This document shows, piece after piece, positions 1 to 4,785 of a stretch of 6,437 bases of DNA (the stretch's first letter is position 1; every line of letters begins with the position of its first letter). Source of the stretch: a virus (Duplodnaviria > Heunggongvirae > Uroviricota > Caudoviricetes); the IMG/VR virus record IMGVR_UViG_2671181134_000002, positions 1-6,437 of that record; one strand, written 5' to 3'. The position numbers and the translations under genes are program-made. The notes below the pieces were generated by a model. It saw only the letters and a program-made list of their open reading frames with translations, was not told the DNA's origin and did no database searches.

Positions 1-518
1 ACGAACTGGTTGTTAAAGGGATAAATAATTACCCGGATAAGATTACTGTTACTGTGGCACTGGAAACGGGTGGGTATACGTCACTGTTGTTGCCAAATGT
101 GGTGATTGATCTTGATCGTGTTGAAGGTGCCCCGCTGGAGTTTTACGAAGCTGAGGCGAAAAAGAAGGCGAAGCAGTTTTTCATGGATATTTCTGCCGGG
201 TTATGTGAAGGGGATGAGCAGTCGCCGGAAAAGCGCCCCATAATTTTAGAGGCGCAGGATGTGTTGATAACCTACAGAGGAAAACTACCGGGAATAATTA
301 CTGGTTCTCTGAAGACGCCACCGACGGCATTGCGGTCAGAAAACGATGATATTGAATCACGCATTGAAAAACTGGAGTGCTATATCGCTGAATTGAAAAA
401 AAGCACCCCAACAAAAAATGAGGTGCTTGCAGCAGATGAAATGAAAGAAACTATTCTTGATCGCGCGGCGCATCTAAGCTGCGCTTCACTGTTGAAAGAG
501 CATCTTCAGCAGCCTTGA
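1..518 (+). CDS. Hypothetical protein, 3' portion only (ORF open to the window start; N-terminus lies upstream)
   Basis: Frame 3 is open from position 3 with no stop until TGA at 516-518, so the track's Met at 54 is probably internal. Hydrophilic, charged, helix-rich translation with no motif I recognise. Region is visibly more AT-rich than the terminase genes. Confidence 0.5.
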   Translation, partial: ELVVKGINNYPDKITVTVALETGGYTSLLLPNVVIDLDRVEGAPLEFYEAEAKKKAKQFFMDISAGLCEGDEQSPEKRPIILEAQDVLITYRGKLPGIITGSLKTPPTALRSENDDIESRIEKLECYIAELKKSTPTKNEVLAADEMKETILDRAAHLSCASLLKEHLQQP

Positions 519-690
519 GGAATCTTTTATCATCACGAGCAACTGTCTTTGGTATTTCTTTAATTAGATGTTCCATTTCGGCGATCAGGTAATCTGACAC
601 AGCGTTATTTTTACTTAGTGCATCCATTGCTTTGATTATCTTTGCGAGGCAGCCATCTCGCATTGTTGAGTTTACGCCAGTGCCCACCAC
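451..690 (-). CDS. Hypothetical small protein (70-79 aa), doubtful; convergent with and overlapping the 3' end of the 1-518 ORF
   Basis: Track ORF begins with a GTG at 690; first ATG is at 663. Translation is amphipathic and helix-like, but I find no Shine-Dalgarno before either start and it overlaps the opposite-strand ORF by 68 nt. Confidence 0.25.
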   Translation of the reverse strand: MVGTGVNSTMRDGCLAKIIKAMDALSKNNAVSDYLIAEMEHLIKEIPKTVARDDKRFLKAAEDALSTVKRSLDAPRDQE

Positions 691-751
691 TGGCGGGCTG
701 AAGACTTAACATATCCAGGGATTCGGAACCGATAAATCCTGATAAATATCC

Positions 752-1285
752 ATGAACGCAAAAATCAGATACGGCCTGTCGGCTGTCGTTCTGGCGCTGA
801 TTGCCGCAGGGGCTTCTGCGCCTGAAATCCTCGACCAGTTTCTGGATGAAAAGGAAGGTAACCACACCACGGCATACCGTGATGGTGCGGGTATCTGGAC
901 CATCTGCCGTGGAGCCACCCGGGTGGATGGTAAGCCTGTGATTCCTGGCATGAAGCTGTCGAAGGAAAAATGCGACCGGGTTAACGCTATCGAACGGGAT
1001 AAGGCGCTGGCATGGGTGGCGAAAAACATCAGAGTGCCACTGACCGAACCTCAGAAAGCGGGGATCGCGTCATTCTGTCCGTACAACATTGGTCCCGGTA
1101 AGTGTTTCCCGTCGACGTTTTACAGACGAATTAATGCTGGTGATCGCAGGGGAGCATGCGAGGCGATTCGCTGGTGGATTAAGGACGGTGGCAGGGACTG
1201 CCGTATCCGCTCAAATAACTGTTACGGTCAGGTATCCCGGCGTGATCAGGAGAGCGCGCTGGCGTGCTGGGGAATCGACAGATAA
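752..1285 (+). CDS. R: SAR endolysin (phage lysozyme, R21/T4-lysozyme-like, GH24)
   Basis: 177 aa. N-terminal hydrophobic Gly/Ala-rich signal-anchor-release segment (YGLSAVVLALIAAGASA). Catalytic E-x8-D-x5-T arrangement in EGNHTTAYRDGAGIWTICRG. Central and C-terminal blocks (RRINAGDRRGACEAIRWW, RRDQESALACWG) resemble phage 21 R as I recall it. Confidence 0.9.
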   Translation: MNAKIRYGLSAVVLALIAAGASAPEILDQFLDEKEGNHTTAYRDGAGIWTICRGATRVDGKPVIPGMKLSKEKCDRVNAIERDKALAWVAKNIRVPLTEPQKAGIASFCPYNIGPGKCFPSTFYRRINAGDRRGACEAIRWWIKDGGRDCRIRSNNCYGQVSRRDQESALACWGIDR

Positions 1286-1375
1286 GAAGAATATTTTGCT
1301 GAAAAATGACGTTGGCCAACGCGGGCGGATAACACGAAATCCTGCGAACTGGCAAAACCTAAGTGAATAAAAGTA

Positions 1376-1416
1376 AAAACCCCGTTTGTTGGCAGCAAGC
1401 GGGGTTTTGTGTTTCT
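1376..1416. terminator. Putative intrinsic terminator, possibly bidirectional
   Basis: Perfect 9-bp stem AAAACCCCG (1376-1384) / CGGGGTTTT (1400-1408), followed by a T-rich tract TTTTGTGTTTCT and preceded by an A-tract. Confidence 0.5.
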
Positions 1417-1441
1417 GACCTTGGATAAGGCAAGGGAAAAC

Positions 1442-1624
1442 ATGGAAAAGTATAAACGAATTCTGTTGAGGTTGACTATGAAAAACGGCCTTGAACTGAA
1501 AGCGCCTGTAACTGATGACATCAGCAGAGCGCTGGCTTTTGCTATTAAGTGGGTGGCGGTCGGTATTGCTGTGTCTCCGATGCTGTATGGACTAGCAAAA
1601 CTGGTCATTGCGTTGAAATCGTGA
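1442..1624 (+). CDS. Small membrane protein inside the lysis cassette (possible holin/antiholin-like or lysis accessory protein)
   Basis: Track ORF 1409-1624, but 1409 lies inside the terminator hairpin. ATG at 1442 is preceded by AAGGGA about 6 nt upstream. 60 aa with a charged N-terminus and one long C-terminal hydrophobic segment (AFAIKWVAVGIAVSPMLYGLAKLVIAL). Confidence 0.4.
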   Translation: MEKYKRILLRLTMKNGLELKAPVTDDISRALAFAIKWVAVGIAVSPMLYGLAKLVIALKS

Positions 1625-1636
1625 AGAGGATTAAGC

Positions 1637-1780
1637 ATGTCAGACAAGCGTCATAACGCTGGCGAAGATCCTCTGTGTAATCGTCGGCATTTCATTTTCA
1701 CTAATGCTGGTTGCTATTTTTCTTTCCCTGGGCTGGATGATGTTGTCTTCGTCGGGGATGCTGGGGTGAGGGGGATATGA
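1637..1780 (+). CDS. Hypothetical 47-aa ORF, translationally coupled to Rz
   Basis: ATG 1637 preceded by AAGAGGA; stop TGA 1778-1780 overlaps the Rz ATG (1777-1779) as ATATGA. Below the ORF-track size cutoff; translation [47 protein letters not shown] has no recognisable motif. Confidence 0.2.
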   Translation: MSDKRHNAGEDPLCNRRHFIFTNAGCYFSFPGLDDVVFVGDAGVRGI

Positions 1781-2244
1781 ACCGTGTTCTGTGTGTGGTG
1801 ATTATTGTCCTGCTGGTGGCCTGTGGTGCGCTTAGTCTGGGGCTGAATCATTACCGCGATAACGCCATCACCTACAAAGCGCAGCGAGATAAAAAAGCCA
1901 GAGAGCTGGAGCTGGCAAACGCAACCATTACTGATATGCAGGTGCGCCAGCGCGATGTTGCTGCGCTCGATGCAAAATACTCGAGGGAATTAGCTGATGC
2001 GAGAGCTGAAAATGAAACTCTGCGTGCTGATGTTGCCGCTGGTCGTAAGCGCCTGCGGATCAACGCCACCTGCCACGGTACCGTGCGTGAAGCCACCGGC
2101 ACCTCCGGCGTGGATAATGCAACCGGCCCCCGACTGGCAGACACCGCTGAACGGGATTATTTCACCCTCAGAGAGCGGTTGATGCTGATGCAGAAGCAGC
2201 TGGAAGGGGCACAGGACTATATCCGCACTCAGTGCCTGAATTAA
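1777..2244 (+). CDS. Rz: Rz i-spanin (inner-membrane spanin subunit)
   Basis: 155 aa. N-terminal transmembrane helix ([20 protein letters not shown]) followed by a charged coiled-coil periplasmic domain; sits just downstream of the endolysin; contains an embedded +1-frame lipoprotein ORF. GAGGGGG Shine-Dalgarno precedes the ATG. Confidence 0.85.
   Translation: MNRVLCVVIIVLLVACGALSLGLNHYRDNAITYKAQRDKKARELELANATITDMQVRQRDVAALDAKYSRELADARAENETLRADVAAGRKRLRINATCHGTVREATGTSGVDNATGPRLADTAERDYFTLRERLMLMQKQLEGAQDYIRTQCLN
1997..2182 (+). CDS. Rz1: Rz1 o-spanin (outer-membrane lipoprotein), embedded in Rz in a different frame
   Basis: Signal peptide with lipobox L-V-V-S-A-C, then a short proline-rich mature domain ([34 protein letters not shown]). 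True start may be the internal ATG at 2012 ([15 protein letters not shown]). Confidence 0.8.
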   Translation: MRELKMKLCVLMLPLVVSACGSTPPATVPCVKPPAPPAWIMQPAPDWQTPLNGIISPSESG

Positions 2245-2246
2245 CA

Positions 2247-2272
2247 GAGCCAGCTTAATCGCTGGCTTTTTC
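2247..2272 (+). terminator. Putative intrinsic terminator downstream of Rz
   Basis: Stem GCCAGC (2249-2254) / GCTGGC (2261-2266) with a 6-nt loop, followed by TTTTT (2267-2271). Begins 3 nt after the Rz stop. Confidence 0.45.
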
Positions 2273-2319
2273 ATATCTGAATTTCACCGCGCATCTCACG
2301 CGCATATCACATCCCCGAG

Positions 2320-2411
2320 CCTTTCAGAAAGTTGAGCCTGAGAACTGCCGTATATGGTGGCGACCATCTCGGGGCGGCTTTTCTGTGAGACAGGCTCAAT
2401 TTTCTGAAAGG
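2320..2411 (+). promoter_or_regulatory. Near-perfect 21-bp inverted repeat bracketing the rha 5' leader; right arm overlaps the rha ribosome-binding site
   Basis: CCTTTCAGAAAGTTGAGCCTG (2320-2340) versus CAGGCTCAATTTTCTGAAAGG (2391-2411): 20 of 21 positions complementary, 50-nt spacer. Right arm contains AAAGG about 9 nt before the rha ATG at 2421. Confidence 0.4.
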
Positions 2412-2420
2412 TAAAACGCG

Positions 2421-2987
2421 ATGAACTATCCGACGATTGTTGACGGTATTGATTTTCGCCAACTGGTAACAGCGGCAGATGGCGAACCAATAACAGACTC
2501 TTTTCAGATCGCTAAGGCGTTTGGTAAGCGTCATGCGGACGTATTGAGGGCGCTGAAAAATTGCCATTGCTCTGAAGATTTCCGGAGAGCGCATTTTTGC
2601 GTTGCCGAAAAAATCAATGAGTTAGGGATTTTCGACAAGAAGCAGATTTACTACCGCATGGACTTTAGCGGCTTCGTTATGCTGGTTATGGGATTTAACG
2701 GGGCAAAAGCTGATGCCGTTAAAGAAGCCTATATTAATGCCTTTAACTGGATGTCCGCTGAACTCCGTAAGTTCAGTGAAAGTTATGAAGCTGAACGCAA
2801 CGCTGTAATGCTGGAGTACATGAAAGAGAAAGATGTTGCCAGTATGTCAGGTCGTTTGCTCAATCGCTGGGGCAGGGTGAAGAAGCCTCAGTTGCTGGCA
2901 AGGCTGGACAGGCTGGACAGGCTGGACAGGCTGGAGCAGCAGGGGCAGATTGCGTTACCCGGATTTGATAAAGGCATTTCAGCCTGA
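2421..2987 (+). CDS. rha: Rha-family phage regulatory protein
   Basis: 188 aa. N-terminal region (DGEPITDSFQIAKAFGKRHADVLRAL) matches the conserved Rha/ORF6 N-terminal domain as I recall it. Variable C-terminus carries an (RLD)n repeat. Confidence 0.8.
   Translation: MNYPTIVDGIDFRQLVTAADGEPITDSFQIAKAFGKRHADVLRALKNCHCSEDFRRAHFCVAEKINELGIFDKKQIYYRMDFSGFVMLVMGFNGAKADAVKEAYINAFNWMSAELRKFSESYEAERNAVMLEYMKEKDVASMSGRLLNRWGRVKKPQLLARLDRLDRLDRLEQQGQIALPGFDKGISA
2894..2938 (+). repeat. 9-bp tandem repeat GCTGGACAG inside rha (three perfect copies flanked by two degenerate ones)
   Basis: Perfect copies at 2903-2911, 2912-2920 and 2921-2929; degenerate copies GCTGGCAAG (2894-2902) and GCTGGAGCA (2930-2938). 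Encodes LARLDRLDRLDRLEQ in frame. Confidence 0.85.
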
Positions 2988-3177
2988 CATAGCCATGCGC
3001 CGTATCGTCGCCGTATTCCTGCATTAACAGAGACCGCAGCCCGACAGGGAGACTCCTCTGCGCGAGTGTGCGGGGATAATCAAAAACGATGCACACCGGG
3101 GTTTACCGCGTTAACGGAGCGCGGCGTTGTCCCCTCATAGTCGCCTGTCCGGTGCGATGGTGGAAGAAACCGAACGT

Positions 3178-3378
3178 TCATTTCTCGTTATTTTTCATGC
3201 TGGCCGGGCGCAGATGCGTTGCATCTGTTGCCAGCCTTCTCCTGCAGGCTTCAATAACCCACGCTGAAAAGTTACCGGACCCTTTATGCTCAAGGGCTAT
3301 GTTGATTTGTTCAATTATGTGATTGGGGAAACGGATATTGCGGGTTGTGGTTCTGCGGGTCCGGTTTTTCGATGACAT
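3178..3378 (-). CDS. Ribbon-helix-helix (Arc/MetJ/CopG-type) DNA-binding protein, reverse-oriented
   Basis: 66 aa. NIRFPNHIIEQINIALEHKGSGNFSAWVIEACRRRL fits the RHH pattern: beta-strand, helix A, a G-S-G-N turn, helix B (compare Arc NLRWP...NGRSVNSEIYQRV). AAGGA lies about 8 nt before the ATG on the minus strand. Confidence 0.6.
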   Translation of the reverse strand: MSSKNRTRRTTTRNIRFPNHIIEQINIALEHKGSGNFSAWVIEACRRRLATDATHLRPASMKNNEK

Positions 3379-3398
3379 ATTTATTTCCTTTACTGATT

Positions 3399-3408
3399 GT
3401 CATATGAC
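3399..3408. promoter_or_regulatory. Perfect 10-bp palindrome GTCATATGAC in the 41-bp gap between the divergent RHH and HNH start codons
   Basis: Direct reading of the sequence. Lies in the leader of both divergent genes. Confidence 0.3.
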
Positions 3409-3419
3409 GGGGATTTTAC

Positions 3420-3785
3420 ATGGCTGAGCTTCGTACACTCCAGAGCAGAATCAAAACACTGAATACCCGACGGGTGAATATTCTGAAGGGGGAACAGCGT
3501 CGTGTCAGTGGCAGTGCACGTGTTTCCCTCAAGCGTCATATCTGGCTCAGGGACGCCGGGCAGTGCTGTCTCTGTGGTCGTGTGGTTGACCTCTGTGACA
3601 GTGAACTTGATCACCGAATTGCACTTCAGTTCGGTGGTGGTAATGAGGAGACGAATCTCTGGACGCTCTGTACCGAATGCCATCGACAAAAGTCTGCTCG
3701 TGAAGCGGCGGGTGGTATGCCGGACCCGACGCTGCCGGAGGTGTCCGGAGGTAGTGGCAGAGCGGACGACATCATCGGACTGTAA
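3420..3785 (+). CDS. HNH endonuclease (phage packaging-associated)
   Basis: 121 aa. Two Cys pairs (CCLCG, CTECH) flank the HNH core SELDHRIALQFGGGNEETNLWTLCTECHRQK. Sits immediately upstream of the terminase genes, as in HK97-type cos phages. Confidence 0.85.
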   Translation: MAELRTLQSRIKTLNTRRVNILKGEQRRVSGSARVSLKRHIWLRDAGQCCLCGRVVDLCDSELDHRIALQFGGGNEETNLWTLCTECHRQKSAREAAGGMPDPTLPEVSGGSGRADDIIGL

Positions 3786-3876
3786 CCCGACCCGGGGGGG
3801 GATCATCCGGCGTAAAAAACGATCGCTCCGGACACCGCGCCCCCTCTCACGCAGAGAAAAAATTCCCGTTTCAGGG

Positions 3877-4004
3877 CAGTTAACATGTTAACTGGCTGCC
3901 CGGGCATTTTTGCGGTTTTTATCTTTATTATTCAGTTTGTTGTGCGGAAAAAATGTTAACTGGCTTTTTCAGCAAATGTTAACCAGGCAGCAGTTAACAT
4001 TTGC
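3877..4004. repeat. Array of GTTAAC-containing palindromes and inverted repeats; candidate terminase-binding / cos-proximal region
   Basis: 18-bp perfect palindrome CAGTTAACATGTTAACTG (3877-3894); TGCCCGGGCA palindrome (3897-3906); ATGTTAACTGGC (3953-3964); 12-bp perfect inverted repeat GCAAATGTTAAC (3972-3983) / GTTAACATTTGC (3993-4004) with a 9-bp spacer. Confidence 0.45.
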
Positions 4005-4074
4005 GGCATGAGACGCCGGGAAAAATGGGCTGAACCATACCCGGCTGAGTGCGTTCTGGACCCGGGAGGAGGCT

Positions 4075-4785
4075 GTGCTGACAACGCAAAAACGAAAATT
4101 TGCGCTGGCGCTCATGTCCGGGAAAAACAAAACAGCGTCAGCCATTGCCGCCGGTTATTCGGCGAAGACCGCCAGGGTTAAAGGCTCACAGCTGGCAAAA
4201 GATCCGGAGGTGCTTGCGTTTATAGCCCGTAAACAATGCGAGACGGTGGAGGTGGATGAGGTTCCTGTTTACCGGCAGAAAAAATCAGAGCAGGAGGATA
4301 AACCCCGTCGCCGTGAGGCGGCTGCAATACCACAGCCGGACGAAAACAATCCGGAGGTGCTTGCGTTTATAGCCCGTAAACAATGCGAGACGGTGGAGGT
4401 GGATGAGGTTCCTGTTTACCGGCAGAAAAAATCAGAGCAGGAGGATAAACCCCGTCGCCGTGAGGCGGCTGCAATACCACAGCCGGACGAAAACAATCCG
4501 GAGATGCCACCGTCCGCGGTGATGTCTCCTGGTATTGAATATATGGAGGATGGTCTTCCCGATCCGGTGAAAGCCATGGGGCGGATCCTGGTGGAAAACC
4601 TCTGCATTGATCCGAAACTGGCACTGGATGCGGCCTGGCGTCTGGCGCAGTTCACGCACCATAAAAAAGGGGATACCGGGAAAAAATCGGCAAAAGGTGA
4701 TGCCGCGAAAAAAGCGGCTAACCGTTTTGCTGTGCCACCGCCACCCCGACTGGTGGTGAATAACGATAATGAGGGAAACGGATGA
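4075..4785 (+). CDS. terS: Terminase small subunit (P27 / Terminase_2-type)
   Basis: GTG start preceded by GGGAGGAGG. N-terminus KRKFALALMSGKNKTASAIAAGYSAKTARVKGSQLAKDPEV carries the AGYSAKTA helix-turn-helix signature of this family. Stop overlaps the terL start as ATGA (4782-4785). Contains an internal 49-aa perfect duplication. Confidence 0.85.
   Translation: MLTTQKRKFALALMSGKNKTASAIAAGYSAKTARVKGSQLAKDPEVLAFIARKQCETVEVDEVPVYRQKKSEQEDKPRRREAAAIPQPDENNPEVLAFIARKQCETVEVDEVPVYRQKKSEQEDKPRRREAAAIPQPDENNPEMPPSAVMSPGIEYMEDGLPDPVKAMGRILVENLCIDPKLALDAAWRLAQFTHHKKGDTGKKSAKGDAAKKAANRFAVPPPPRLVVNNDNEGNG
4204..4497 (+). repeat. Perfect 147-bp direct tandem duplication (2 copies) inside terS
   Basis: 4204-4350 and 4351-4497 are identical base for base by my alignment. 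In frame, duplicating PEVLAFIARKQCETVEVDEVPVYRQKKSEQEDKPRRREAAAIPQPDENN. Junctions carry the 8-bp microhomology ATCCGGAG at 4202-4209, 4349-4356 and 4496-4503. Confidence 0.9.

Noticed and set aside
611-1029. Minus-strand ORFs 611-865 and 706-1029 overlapping the endolysin gene
   Set aside because: They are antisense to a confidently identified endolysin, have low-complexity Ser/Arg-rich translations and no ribosome-binding site; typical shadow ORFs.
1089-1370. Plus-strand 93-aa ORF in an alternate frame of the endolysin
   Set aside because: It lies wholly within the endolysin coding region in another frame and has an Arg-rich out-of-frame composition.
1246-1647. Minus-strand 133-aa ORF spanning the terminator and the small membrane-protein gene
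   Set aside because: It runs through the terminator hairpin and is antisense to a plus-strand ORF with a good ribosome-binding site; no supporting signals.
1872-2274. Minus-strand ORFs 1872-2144 and 1990-2274 antisense to Rz/Rz1
   Set aside because: The plus strand already carries two overlapping genes with clear spanin features; these are shadow ORFs.
2296-2594. Minus-strand ORFs 2296-2490 and 2307-2594 overlapping the rha leader and start
   Set aside because: Antisense to the rha 5' end and extending through the inverted-repeat region; no start signals.
2881-2940. Possible CRISPR-like or other non-coding repeat array
   Set aside because: The repeat unit is only 9 bp, has no spacers and lies in frame within rha; it is a coding microsatellite, not CRISPR.
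2860-3096. Minus-strand 78-aa ORF with a PACPACPAC tract, considered as a possible toxin partner for the RHH gene
   Set aside because: It overlaps the rha 3' end by 128 nt, and the PAC repeat is simply the 9-bp rha tandem repeat read on the other strand.
3089-3322. Plus-strand 77-aa ORF overlapping the RHH gene
   Set aside because: Its translation is featureless, whereas the minus-strand frame gives a clear RHH motif and a ribosome-binding site.
3390-3891. ORFs 3390-3806 (minus) and 3502-3891 (plus) overlapping the HNH gene
   Set aside because: They are alternate-frame or antisense to an ORF with an unmistakable HNH zinc-finger motif.
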